From Macrostomum lignano (lineage: Eukaryota): a stretch of DNA of 64,000 bases. Every line of letters starts with the position of its first letter. The stretch's first letter is position 1. The stretch is from positions 276,967 to 340,966 of the forward strand of contig NIVC01000952.1 in the NCBI GenBank assembly GCA_002269645.1, in the 5' to 3' direction. Position numbers and translations under genes: made by a program. The notes under the pieces were generated by a model. It saw nothing but the letters and a program-made list of their open reading frames with translations, did no database searches and was not told the DNA's origin. Below are positions 38,137 to 51,539 of the stretch, one piece after another.

Positions 38137-38251
38137 CTAAGACAGACAGACAGACACTAAGACAGACAGACAGACAGACAGACACTAAGACAGACAGACA
38201 CTAAGACAGACAGACAGACAGAAAGACAGACAGACAGACAGACAGACAGGC

Positions 38252-38292
<41 letters not shown>

Positions 38293-38295
38293 CTA

Positions 38296-38344
<49 letters not shown>

Positions 38345-38351
38345 CTAAGAA

Positions 38352-38408
<57 letters not shown>

Positions 38409-38411
38409 CAA

Positions 38412-38458
<47 letters not shown>

Positions 38459-39016
38459 TCTTTTCAATCTTCTGCTTTTAGCCTTCCAAGAAAGCCGAGC
38501 CACACGGAGGCGAGGTCGATGCCGGCTGCAGCTGATCAGACCCGAAGCCCCGATGCCGCCAGGGCGCCTTGCTCAGACTGCACTCTGCACTTTCCCGACG
38601 CTCGGGAAAACCCGCCATCTGTGGAGCCCTGTGAGCTCTCCGTTACGCTCCGGCGAACGCCAGATCCAGATCATGTGACAGCCCCGCCGCCACAGAGGTT
38701 TGTCGAAGTCCCCGAGCTGCTGCCGCAGGAGCCACCTGGATCCTGGGGCAGCGGCACAGCACACTCCGTCAGCCCCGGGCTGCTACAGCCACCGGGAATT
38801 TTGCCGCCTCGACAGTCCAGCGGCTCGAACACCCCCGGCATTCCCAGCTGGGTCACCGACCGCACCGGCAGCAGCTTCTCCACGCCATCAAGCGCGAACC
38901 GACTGCAGCAGCAGCAGCAGCAGCAGCAGCAGCCAGTAACGATAGTTCAAGTGCATCGCCACTACCACACACACAACTATACGAATTGCGTCATCCATCT
39001 GCCGGAGCTCCGATGA
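37767..39016 (+). CDS. Uncharacterised two-exon protein (~222 aa), Pro/Ser-rich, polyQ, beta-rich C-terminal tail
   Basis: Exon 1 is 37767-37900 ([27 protein letters not shown]...; donor CG|GTCAGT). Exon 2 is 38482-39016 (acceptor TTCTGCTTTTAG). Phase 2/2 is consistent (669 nt) and both exons are GC-rich. No recognisable family. Confidence 0.62.
37918..38458. repeat. (GACA)n microsatellite with CTAA interruptions, filling the orphan gene intron
   Basis: Direct reading. Confidence 0.97.
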
Positions 39017-40011
39017 GTCGGAGCGATTTGATTGCAAACTGATTAAAGTTATAATATTATAATGTCGGTAAACATTCTACAGCAGAGATTTTGATAGACA
39101 ATAAGAATCGATTCCAAATCTTGTTTTTGTTCAGTATTTTGATTTTTAAGTTCTCGGTGCACTCGTGTCTATTTTCGGACAATGACTGCCTGCTGCACGC
39201 GTTTCGAATCTTAGGCTAGGTAGACTGACTGCTCTGAGTATTGGGGACAGTGCATGCACTGTCCTTGCTTGTGTAGCATGCTCCATACCTGCGATTTCCG
39301 ATCAGATTTATACACTCTGAGCCGCCCGGCGTTGGGGAGGCAACACAGAGAGGAGTAAAATATTTTTCAATAAACTGCATGAAGCTTTTGACCTTGTACA
39401 GTCTCGCGTTGGTTAGTTTCTTGAGGAGAATGATGTTGTGAAGCAAAGAAACACACCATCATCAGCATCCCCTTTGTGCCAGTGGAATTTGCAGTTGAAT
39501 GAACTGCTCCGCAAGCTAGACACATTTTAAATAAAATTCTGATTGAAGTACTGTTGGTTTTCTTGGGGTGGCCTGGTAGGTCTTTGAATCCCACCGCTGC
39601 CACCAGTGAAGTGGAATGGTTTTCTTGGGGTGGCCTGGTAGGTCTTTGAATCCCACCGCTGCCACCAGTGAAATACTTGGGGTTTTCTTCCCGGTTTAGG
39701 CACTTAAGATTACCTTAAGTCTCGAGCCTCTTCAGAGGGAAGTTCTCTCAAATCTCAGTAGCGTAGGTAGTGCTGCCACCAGTTCCTTCAGGTCTCGGCC
39801 TTCGATGAGGTGAGTCGGAACGAAATAAACAAGTCAACGAACTCAGCACCTAGTGCAGAATTGCAGTTCAACGTACTAGGCGTCTCGTCAGCAGTACCTG
39901 CCGGGCTTGGATGGCAGAGGAAGGGCTGAGTTAGTCTCTCGTAGGCTTGGGGCGATTTAGTCGGGTCTCAGTCAGACCAATACGAACAGACTCAATGTAT
40001 GCAGTCGGGCG

Positions 40012-43000
40012 CTCAGGGTCTTGGCATTCGGTACAAATCAAATGTTTCATAGAAATGCCTCAGGGTCATGACATTCGGTACAAATCAAGTGTTTCATAGA
40101 AATGCCTCAGGGTCTTGACATTCGGTACAAATCAAGTGTTTCATAGAAATGCCTCAGGGTCTTGACATTCGGTACAAATCAAGTGTTTTATAGAAATGCC
40201 TCAGGGTCTTGACATTCGGTACAAATCAAGTGTTTCATAGAATTGCCTCAGGGCTTGACATTCGGTACAAACCAAGTGTTTCATAGAAATGCCTCAGGGT
40301 CTTGACATTCGGTACAAATCAAGTGTTTCATAGAAATGCCTCAGGGCTTGACATTCGGTACAAACCAAGTGTTTCATAGAAATGCCTCAGGGTCTTGACA
40401 TTCGGTACAAATCAAGTGTTTCATAGAAATGCCTCAGGGTCTTGACATTCCGTACAAATCAAGTGTTTCATAGAAATGCCTCAGGGTCTTGACATTCGGT
40501 ACAAATCAAGTGTTTCATAGAAATGCCTCAGGGTCTTGACATTCGGTACAAATCAAGTGTTTCATAGAAATGCCTCAGGGTCTTGACATTCGGTACAAAT
40601 CAAGTGTTTCATAGAAATGCCTCAGGGCTTGACATTCGGTACAAATCAAGTGTTTCATAGAAATGCCTCAGGGCTTGACATTCGGTACAAATCAAGTGTT
40701 TCATAGAAATGCCTCAGGGTCTTGACATTCGGTACAAATCAAGTGTTTCATAGAAATGCCTCAGGGTCTTGACATTCGGTACAAATCAAGTGTTTCATAG
40801 AAATGCCTCAGGGTCTTGACATTCGGTACAAATCAAGTGTTTCATAGAAATGCCTCAGGGCTTGACATTCGGTACAAATCAAGTGTTTTATAGAAATGCC
40901 TCAGGGTCTTGACATTCGGTACAAATCAAGTGTTTCATAGAAATGCCTCAGGGTCTTGACATTCGGTACAAATCAAGTGTTTCATAGAAATGCCTCAGGG
41001 TCTTGACATTCGGTACAAATCAAGTGTTTCATAGAAATGCCTCAGGGTCTTGGCATTCGGTACAAATCAAGTGTTTCATAGAAATGCCTCAGGGTCTTGG
41101 CATTCGGTACAAATCAAGTGTTTCATAGAAATGCCTCAGGGTCTTGGCATTCGGTACAAACCAAGTGTTTCATAGAAATGCCTCAGGGTCTTGACATTCG
41201 GTACAAATCAAGTGTTTCATAGAAATGCCTCAGGGCTTGACATTCGGTACAAACCAAGTGTTTCATAGAAATGCCTCAGGGTCTTGACATTCGGTACAAA
41301 TCAAGTGTTTCATAGAAATGCCTCAGGGTCTTGACATTCGGTACAAATCAAGTGTTTCATAGAAATGCCTCAGGGTCTTGGCATTCGGTACAAATCAAGT
41401 GTTTCATAGAAATGCCTCAGGGTCTTGGCATTCGGTACAAATCAAGTGTTTCATAGAAATGCCTCAGGGTCTTGGCATTCGGTACAAATCAAGTGTTTCA
41501 TAGAAATGCCTCAGGGTCTTGACATTCGGTACAAATCAAGTGTTTCATAGAAATGCCTCAGGGTCTTGACATTCGGTACAAATCAAGTGTTTCATAGAAA
41601 TGCCTCAGGGTCTTGACATTCGGTACAAATCAAGTGTTTCATAGAAATGCCTCAGGGTCTTGACATTCGGTACAAATCAAGTGTTTCATAGAAATGCCTC
41701 AGGGTCTTGACATTCGGTACAAATCAAGTGTTTCATAGAAATGCCTCAGGGTCTTGACATTCGGTACAAATCAAGTGTTTCATAGAAATGCCTCAGGGTC
41801 TTGACATTCGGTACAAATCAAGTGTTTCATAGAAATGCCTCAGGGTCTTGACATTCGGTACAAATCAAGTGTTTCATAGAAATGCCTCAGGGTCTTGACA
41901 TTCGGTACAAATCAAGTGTTTCATAGAAATGCCTCAGGGTCTTGACATTCGGTACAAATCAAGTGTTTCATAGAAATGCCTCAGGGTCTTGACATTCGGT
42001 ACAAATCAAGTGTTTCATAGAAATGCCTCAGGGTCTTGACATTCGGTACAAATCAAGTGTTTCATAGAAATGCCTCAGGGTCTTGACATTCGGTACAAAT
42101 CAAGTGTTTCATAGAAATGCCTCAGGGTCTTGACATTCGGTACAAATCAAGTGTTTCATAGAAATGCCTCAGGGTCTTGACATTCGGTACAAATCAAGTG
42201 TTTCATAGAAATGCCTCAGGGTCTTGACATTCGGTACAAATCAAGTGTTTCATAGAAATGCCTCAGGGTCTTGACATTCGGTACAAATCAAGTGTTTCAT
42301 AGAAATGCCTCAGGGTCTTGACATTCGGTACAAATCAAGTGTTTCATAGAAATGCCTCAGGGTCTTGACATTCGGTACAAATCAAGTGTTTCATAGAAAT
42401 GCCTCAGGGTCTTGACATTCGGTACAAATCAAGTGTTTCATAGAAATGCCTCAGGGTCTTGACATTCGGTACAAATCAAGTGTTTCATAGAAATGCCTCA
42501 GGGTCTTGACATTCGGTACAAATCAAGTGTTTCATAGAAATGCCTCAGGGTCTTGACATTCGGTACAAATCAAGTGTTTCATAGAAATGCCTCAGGGTCT
42601 TGACATTCGGTACAAATCAAGTGTTTCATAGAAATGCCTCAGGGTCTTGACATTCGGTACAAATCAAGTGTTTCATAGAAATGCCTCAGGGTCTTGACAT
42701 TCGGTACAAATCAAGTGTTTCATAGAAATGCCTCAGGGTCTTGACATTCGGTACAAATCAAGTGTTTCATAGAAATGCCTCAGGGTCTTGACATTCGGTA
42801 CAAATCAAGTGTTTCATAGAAATGCCTCAGGGTCTTGACATTCGGTACAAATCAAGTGTTTCATAGAAATGCCTCAGGGTCTTGACATTCGGTACAAATC
42901 AAGTGTTTCATAGAAATGCCTCAGGGTCTTGACATTCGGTACAAATCAAGTGTTTCATAGAAATGCCTCAGGGTCTTGACATTCGGTACAAATCAAGTGT

Positions 43001-46000
43001 TTCATAGAAATGCCTCAGGGTCTTGACATTCGGTACAAATCAAGTGTTTCATAGAAATGCCTCAGGGTCTTGACATTCGGTACAAATCAAGTGTTTCATA
43101 GAAATGCCTCAGGGTCTTGACATTCGGTACAAATCAAGTGTTTCATAGAAATGCCTCAGGGTCTTGACATTCGGTACAAATCAAGTGTTTCATAGAAATG
43201 CCTCAGGGTCTTGACATTCGGTACAAATCAAGTGTTTCATAGAAATGCCTCAGGGTCTTGACATTCGTACAAATCAAGTGTTTCATAGAAATGCCTCAGG
43301 GTCTTGACATTCGGTACAAATCAAGTGTTTCATAGAAATGCCTCAGGGTCTTGACATTCGGTACAAATCAAGTGTTTCATAGAAATGCCTCAGGGTCTTG
43401 ACATTCGGTACAAATCAAGTGTTTCATAGAAATGCCTCAGGGTCTTGACATTCGGTACAAATCAAGTGTTTCATAGAAATGCCTCAGGGTCTTGACATTC
43501 GGTACAAATCAAGTGTTTCATAGAAATGCCTCAGGGTCTTGACATTCGGTACAAATCAAGTGTTTCATAGAAATGCCTCAGGGTCTTGACATTCGGTACA
43601 AATCAAGTGTTTCATAGAAATGCCTCAGGGTCTTGACATTCGGTACAAATCAAGTGTTTCATAGAAATGCCTCAGGGTCTTGACATTCGGTACAAATCAA
43701 GTGTTTCATAGAAATGCCTCAGGGTCTTGACATTCGGTACAAATCAAGTGTTTCATAGAAATGCCTCAGGGTCTTGACATTCGGTACAAATCAAGTGTTT
43801 CATAGAAATGCCTCAGGGTCTTGACATTCGGTACAAATCAAGTGTTTCATAGAAATGCCTCAGGGTCTTGACATTCGGTACAAATCAAGTGTTTCATAGA
43901 AATGCCTCAGGGTCTTGACATTCGGTACAAATCAAGTGTTTCATAGAAATGCCTCAGGGTCTTGACATTCGGTACAAATCAAGTGTTTCATAGAAATGCC
44001 TCAGGGTCTTGACATTCGGTACAAATCAAGTGTTTCATAGAAATGCCTCAGGGTCTTGACATTCGGTACAAATCAAGTGTTTCATAGAAATGCCTCAGGG
44101 TCTTGACATTCGGTACAAATCAAGTGTTTCATAGAAATGCCTCAGGGTCTTGACATTCGGTACAAATCAAGTGTTTCATAGAAATGCCTCAGGGTCTTGA
44201 CATTCGGTACAAATCAAGTGTTTCATAGAAATGCCTCAGGGTCTTGACATTCGGTACAAATCAAGTGTTTCATAGAAATGCCTCAGGGTCTTGATTCGGT
44301 ACAAATCAAGTGTTTCATAGAAATGCCTCAGGGTCTTGACATTCGGTACAAATCAAGTGTTTCATAGAAATGCCTCAGGGTCTTGACATTCGGTACAAAT
44401 CAAGTGTTTCATAGAAATGCCTCAGGGTCTTGACATTCGGTACAAATCAAGTGTTTCATAGAAATGCCTCAGGGTCTTGACATTCGGTACAAATCAAGTG
44501 TTTCATAGAAATGCCTCAGGGTCTTGACATTCGGTACAAATCAAGTGTTTCATAGAAATGCCTCAGGGTCTTGACATTCGGTACAAATCAAGTGTTTCAT
44601 AGAAATGCCTCAGGGTCTTGACATTCGGTACAAATCAAGTGTTTCATAGAAATGCCTCAGGGTCTTGACATTCGGTACAAATCAAGTGTTTCATAGAAAT
44701 GCCTCAGGGTCTTGACATTCGGTACAAATCAAGTGTTTCATAGAAATGCCTCAGGGTCTTGACATTCGGTACAAATCAAGTGTTTCATAGAAATGCCTCA
44801 GGGTCTTGACATTCGGTACAAATCAAGTGTTTCATAGAAATGCCTCAGGGTCTTGACATTCGGTACAAATCAAGTGTTTCATAGAAATGCCTCAGGGTCT
44901 TGACATTCGGTACAAATCAAGTGTTTCATAGAAATGCCTCAGGGTCTTGACATTCGGTACAAATCAAGTGTTTCATAGAAATGCCTCAGGGTCTTGACAT
45001 TCGGTACAAATCAAGTGTTTCATAGAAATGCCTCAGGGTCTTGACATTCGGTACAAATCAAGTGTTTCATAGAAATGCCTCAGGGTCTTGACATTCGGTA
45101 CAAATCAAGTGTTTCATAGAAATGCCTCAGGGTCTTGACATTCGGTACAAATCAAGTGTTTCATAGAAATGCCTCAGGGTCTTGACATTCGGTACAAATC
45201 AAGTGTTTCATAGAAATGCCTCAGGGTCTTGACATTCGGTACAAATCAAGTGTTTCATAGAAATGCCTCAGGGTCTTGACATTCGGTACAAATCAAGTGT
45301 TTCATAGAAATGCCTCAGGGTCTTGACATTCGGTACAAATCAAGTGTTTCATAGAAATGCCTCAGGGTCTTGACATTCGGTACAAATCAAGTGTTTCATA
45401 GAAATGCCTCAGGGTCTTGACATTCGGTACAAATCAAGTGTTTCATAGAAATGCCTCAGGGTCTTGACATTCGGTACAAATCAAGTGTTTCATAGAAATG
45501 CCTCAGGGTCTTGACATTCGGTACAAATCAAGTGTTTCATAGAAATGCCTCAGGGTCTTGACATTCGGTACAAATCAAGTGTTTCATAGAAATGCCTCAG
45601 GGTCTTGACATTCGGTACAAATCAAGTGTTTCATAGAAATGCCTCAGGGTCTTGACATTCGGTACAAATCAAGTGTTTCATAGAAATGCCTCAGGGTCTT
45701 GATTCGGTACAAATCAAGTGTTTCATAGAAATGCCTCAGGGTCTTGACATTCGGTACAAATCAAGTGTTTCATAGAAATGCCTCAGGGTCTTGACATTCG
45801 GTACAAATCAAGTGTTTCATAGAAATGCCTCAGGGTCTTGACATTCGGTACAAATCAAGTGTTTCATAGAAATGCCTCAGGGTCTTGACATTCGGTACAA
45901 ATCAAGTGTTTCATAGAAATGCCTCAGGGTCTTGACATTCGGTACAAATCAAGTGTTTCATAGAAATGCCTCAGGGTCTTGATTCGGTACAAATCAAGTG

Positions 46001-48401
46001 TTTCATAGAAATGCCTCAGGGTCTTGACATTCGGTACAAATCAAGTGTTTCATAGAAATGCCTCAGGGTCTTGACATTCGGTACAAATCAAGTGTTTCAT
46101 AGAAATGCCTCAGGGTCTTGACATTCGGTACAAATCAAGTGTTTCATAGAAATGCCTCAGGGTCTTGACATTCGGTACAAATCAAGTGTTTCATAGAAAT
46201 GCCTCAGGGTCTTGACATTCGGTACAAATCAAGTGTTTCATAGAAATGCCTCAGGGTCTTGACATTCGGTACAAATCAAGTGTTTCATAGAAATGCCTCA
46301 GGGTCTTGACATTCGGTACAAATCAAGTGTTTCATAGAAATGCCTCAGGGTCTTGACATTCGGTACAAATCAAGTGTTTCATAGAAATGCCTCAGGGTCT
46401 TGACATTCGGTACAAATCAAGTGTTTCATAGAAATGCCTCAGGGTCTTGACATTCGGTACAAATCAAGTGTTTCATAGAAATGCCTCAGGGTCTTGACAT
46501 TCGGTACAAATCAAGTGTTTCATAGAAATGCCTCAGGGTCTTGACATTCGGTACAAATCAAGTGTTTCATAGAAATGCCTCAGGGTCTTGACATTCGGTA
46601 CAAATCAAGTGTTTCATAGAAATGCCTCAGGGTCTTGACATTCGGTACAAATCAAGTGTTTCATAGAAATGCCTCAGGGTCTTGACATTCGGTACAAATC
46701 AAGTGTTTCATAGAAATGCCTCAGGGTCTTGACATTCGGTACAAATCAAGTGTTTCATAGAAATGCCTCAGGGTCTTGACATTCGGTACAAATCAAGTGT
46801 TTCATAGAAATGCCTCAGGGTCTTGACATTCGGTACAAATCAAGTGTTTCATAGAAATGCCTCAGGGTCTTGGCATTTGGTACAAATCAAGTGTTTGATA
46901 GAAATGCCTCAGGGTCTTGATTCGGTACAAATCAAGTGTTTCATAGAAATGCCTCAGGGTCTTGACATTCGGTACAAATCAAGTGTTTCATAGAAATGCC
47001 TCAGGGTCTTGACATTCGGTACAAATCAAGTGTTTCATAGAAATGCCTCAGGGTCTTGACATTCGGTACAAATCAAGTGTTTCATAGAAATGCCTCAGGG
47101 TCTTGACATTCGGTACAAATCAAGTGTTTCATAGAAATGCCTCAGGGTCTTGGCATTCGGTACAAATCAAGTGTTTCATAGAAATGCCTCAGGGTCTTGA
47201 TTCGGTACAAATCAAGTGTTTCATAGAAATGCCTCAGGGTCTTGACATTCGGTACAAATCAAGTGTTTCATAGAAATGCCTCAGGGTCTTGACATTCGGT
47301 ACAAATCAAGTGTTTCATAGAAATGCCTCAGGGTCTTGACATTCGGTACAAATCAAGTGTTTCATAGAAATGCCTCAGGGTCTTGACATTCGGTACAAAT
47401 CAAGTGTTTCATAGAAATGCCTCAGGGTCTTGACATTCGGTACAAATCAAGTGTTTCATAGAAATGCCTCAGGGTCTTGGCATTCGGTACAAATCAAGTG
47501 TTTCATAGAAATGCCTCAGGGTCTTGATTCGGTACAAATCAAGTGTTTCATAGAAATGCCTCAGGGTCTTGACATTCGGTACAAATCAAGTGTTTCATAG
47601 AAATGCCTCAGGGTCTTGACATTCGGTACAAATCAAGTGTTTCATAGAAATGCCTCAGGGTCTTGACATTCGGTACAAATCAAGTGTTTCATAGAAATGC
47701 CTCAGGGTCTTGACATTCGGTACAAATCAAGTGTTTCATAGAAATGCCTCAGGGTCTTGGCATTTGGTACAAATCAAGTGTTTGATAGAAATGCCTCAGG
47801 GTCTTGGTATTCGGTACAAATCAAGTGTTTCATAGAAATGCCTCAGGGTCTTGACATTCGGTACAAATCAAGTGTTTCATAGAAATGCCTCAGGGTCTTG
47901 ACATTCGGTACAAATCAAGTGTTTCATAGAAATGCCTCAGGGTCTTGACATTCGGTACAAATCAAGTGTTTCATAGAAATGCCTCAGGGTCTTGACATTC
48001 GGTACAAATCAAGTGTTTCATAGAAATGCCTCAGGGTCTTGACATTCGGTACAAATCAAGTGTTTCATAGAAATGCCTCAGGGTCTTGACATTCGGTACA
48101 AATCAAGTGTTTCATAGAAATGCCTCAGGGTCTTGACATTCGGTACAAATCAAGTGTTTCATAGAAATGCCTCAGGGTCTTGACATTCGGTACAAATCAA
48201 GTGTTTCATAGAAATGCCTCAGGGTCTTGACATTCGGTACAAATCAAGTGTTTCATAGAAATGCCTCAGGGTCTTGACATTCGGTACAAATCAAGTGTTT
48301 CATAGAAATGCCTCAGGGTCTTGAAATTCGGTACAAATCAAGTGTTTCATAGAAATGCCTCAGGGTCTTGACATTCGGTACAAATCAAGTGTTTCATAGA
48401 A
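40012..48401. repeat. 47-bp satellite array, ~178 copies (8.4 kb)
   Basis: Unit CAGGGTCTTGACATTCGGTACAAATCAAGTGTTTCATAGAAATGCCT. Contiguous units, nearly invariant centre, variants concentrated towards both ends. Confidence 0.98.
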
Positions 48402-50104
48402 TTTTGTTTTTCCTAGGAATTTTTGAATACTCAGTGGATTGGATAAGTGGATTTTGATTGATTTAGACGACAAGCAAAATTGCTCCATCTGTGCCGGATC
48501 TACACAGCTAGCTGTTATCAACAGCTATAATCGTCGAGGAGCCTCAATTAAAATGGGATTTTCTGAGCACTTCTGCAGCGCATCCAGGGCAAATCCAAGC
48601 GGTAGAAGGCAGCTGAGATCAAGAGAAATATTGAGAGAGCTTGCCAACTGACTAAAACATCAGTCGCCACTATCGATCGCTCTCTATGAGCTGCTGCTCA
48701 AATAAAAAACCCTGTCCCCAATCAAAGGAGTTCTTCCACTAAAATCTGGTCACTGCAACTAAAGCGAACACCCAATGATTCAGTTTTGGCCAGAGACATA
48801 TTATGTCATGACCTATTTGCCTAGCGGGCCAGAAAATCCCGCTGTTAAGAATACAAAATCCTGCTGGCGCTCTGCCACCCGTCTATGGCACAGACTGGGG
48901 GGGGGGGCAATTTAATCCTGCGAGCGCGCATTTAATCCCTTTCACTGAGTCTCTTACCCAATTCTAGCCCACGCAGTCTGACATGAGCGTCTCCAGTGCA
49001 TCGTTTGAAAAAGAAGGTAGCGAGACGAGCTTCCCAACTGCGAATGGAGAAGTGCACGCATCTCTCTGTACGTCGTGGAAAGTACAACAAGACACTGACG
49101 AGAGAAGCACGCGATCATCATGAGTGCTTTGAATTTCTGTTTTCTTGCATCGCAGGTGAAGCAAAATTCCCATCTTTCATTCTTGTGAATTTTCATTTCA
49201 ACATGATCATTCATCATGCAGTTGAGGTTGATAAATGTCTCTGCAAAATGGCAAATCGAATATGCGCGCTCGCAGGATCAACTAAGGCTGAAAAAAGGTA
49301 TAGCATAAACTCGGTCAATTACCATAGACAACTATAAAGACAAGAATAGAATAGTCTATGGTCGCGAGTGGGGTCTAAACCTCTCCTTTCGACCCCACTG
49401 CAGACTGAATGCCGCGCTGGCAGTGGGACAATTCGGCTTGAAATTTCTATGGTATAATACTAAGAATACCAACGCATTCTAATATAAGAAGTCCTTGGAT
49501 GAGGTTTAAAAAACCAAAGCTCACCCATAGACAAAAGGGATTGCTTGCACGACCTTGCACGACTAAGAAGCGAGAAGTTGCCTTTCGACTTTTCGGCCTT
49601 ATTGGCTTGGCATTCTACGAGTTTTTTTCTATCTAATGCGACATGAAAATTCTGAATTGATCGGGCGCCCGCCGATTGCTTTCCTTTAAGCTGGTAAGTC
49701 CGACTTGACCTAATTGAATCAGAAAATTACCTCAAGGAGTTGCTACTCCAGACTCTAGTTGAAGATCTCCTTGCTGCACTTGTGTTCTCACTGGCCCAGG
49801 GCGCCCAGCCAATAGTCATGTTTAGTTGCTTGCTCAATTTTGGTGCAAAATAAGGCCAATGCTAACCAGACTGGGGCGGATTTTGCCTGGCCCAGTTTGC
49901 TTTGCAGAAGAGATTGCAGGCAGCAATACAGCGACAAAGCGGGCCTGAGCTGAGAGATGCTGGCGAGGCAGCACGCTGGACAACTGACTCCAGAAACCGC
50001 AGCAATGCCCCGCTGCGCCTGAACTGATCTTCAATCGATACATACTGTGAGTACCGAGCTTAGTACAGTTTTAATGGCATTAGTATGACGCATAATCCGC
50101 CATA

Positions 50105-50232
50105 GGCTGACACAGTTTACATCAGGGCTGACACAGTTTACATCAGGGCTGACACAGTTTACATCAGGGCTGACACAGTTTACATCAGGGCTGACACAGT
50201 TTACATCAGGGCTGACACAGTTTACACCAGGG
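50105..50232. repeat. 21-bp tandem repeat, 6 copies
   Basis: GGCTGACACAGTTTACATCAG. Confidence 0.9.
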
Positions 50233-50963
50233 TAGCCATAGTTACAAGAATCCTGGCATCTCAGAAAATTATTTTAAAAACAGTTTCCACCCAAATCCTG
50301 TAAAATGATTTTATAGGATTTAAAAACGTCAAAATTAGACAAAAAATAGAATAATTCAAATCGCAAAAAATCGCACAGAATACTAAAAAATAGCTAAGCT
50401 GGAGAATCAAGCAGTCGCACTTTTACGCTCGTAGTGAGCACATATTATGTTCCCGGACACGATATGTCGGCTCTATTTTTATTGTAATCGTCTAATTTTG
50501 CCGAGCCTGGGCTGTGCGTGATCAAGTGCCGCTTTCCTGTTGTCCCAGTCCTAAACTGGGACAGCTCCGCCCGAGCCGGATGAAGCCATATCTAAGGAGA
50601 AATCCCCATTTTTTCCTTTGTAGCCTGGACAGAATTGTTGGTCTGAGCATCTGTGTGAGAGCGCCCTGTCTCCTGGCCTGGCTGTATCGGAGGCCGCATC
50701 TCTAAATCCCCCTGTAAATCCCCCCGTGTTTGCCCCGGCAACTGATAGATCCAGAGGCCCAGGGATTAACGAGCCGAGCCACAATAATCAACAGGTGTGC
50801 TCAGAATGTCAGAATATCTTCGTCCACCTCCCTCCCATCTCTGAAAAACTGTCTGTCCTCTCCGCTGTTGGAGTAGGGAAGGACAGCAGCGCGAACTGAG
50901 AGCTGGGCGGAGATGGAGCCACATGAATGACGGCAGTTCACTGCTATATCCCAGGTCAATCAA

Positions 50964-51318
50964 TTAGATCTCAGCTAGATCTCAGCTAGATCTCAGCTAG
51001 ATCTCAGCTAGATCTCGGTTAGATCTCAGTTAGATCTCAGCTAGATCCAAGCTAGATCTGTTTGATCTCAGCTCGATCTCAGTTAGATCTCAGCTTGATC
51101 TCAGCTAGATCTCAACTAGATCTCAACTAGATCTCAGCTAGATCTCAGCTAGATCTCAGTTAGATCTCAGCTAGATCTCAGCTAGATCTCAGCTAGATCT
51201 CAGCTAGATCTCAACTAGATCTCAACTAGATCTCAGTTAGATCTCAGTTAGATCTCAGCTAGATCTCAGTTAGATCTCAGCTAGATCTCAGTTAGATCTC
51301 AGCTAGATCTCAGCTAGA
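50964..51318. repeat. 11-bp minisatellite (AGATCTCAGCT)n, ~32 copies, upstream of the DEG/ENaC gene
   Basis: Direct reading. It is built from the palindromes AGATCT and AGCT/CTAG. Confidence 0.93.
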
Positions 51319-51539
51319 TTTTTGAGACATCAAGTCCGGCCGTATGACATTCAGAAAGTCTGGACTTTGGTCGGGGAGTTCTGGGAAAAACTTTCAAACT
51401 AATCGGCTTGGGTTTCCCGCCAATTTAATGAAGACAAAAATAAATTATCTATTCAGCTTTTGAGTGTCCGCTGATAGCGGAATTCGCATAGCAACTATGC
51501 CTCGATTTCCGCAGCCAGGCTCGCTCAGTTACCGTCGCT

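Noticed and set aside
39367-39603. BEL/Pao gag zinc-knuckle remnant (CLACGAVH)
   Set aside because: A single CxxCxxxH with no fourth ligand, and no other retroelement motifs or LTRs are identifiable.
40012-48401. CRISPR array or bacterial promoter array (47-bp repeat with dyad symmetry and TTGACA)
   Set aside because: Units are directly contiguous with no unique spacers, there are no cas genes, and the context is intron-containing eukaryotic DNA. TTGACA is incidental.
48954-49217. hAT transposase C-terminal dimerisation remnant
   Set aside because: Only a vague by-eye resemblance; the SxxxERxFS motif is not present. It needs an HMM search.
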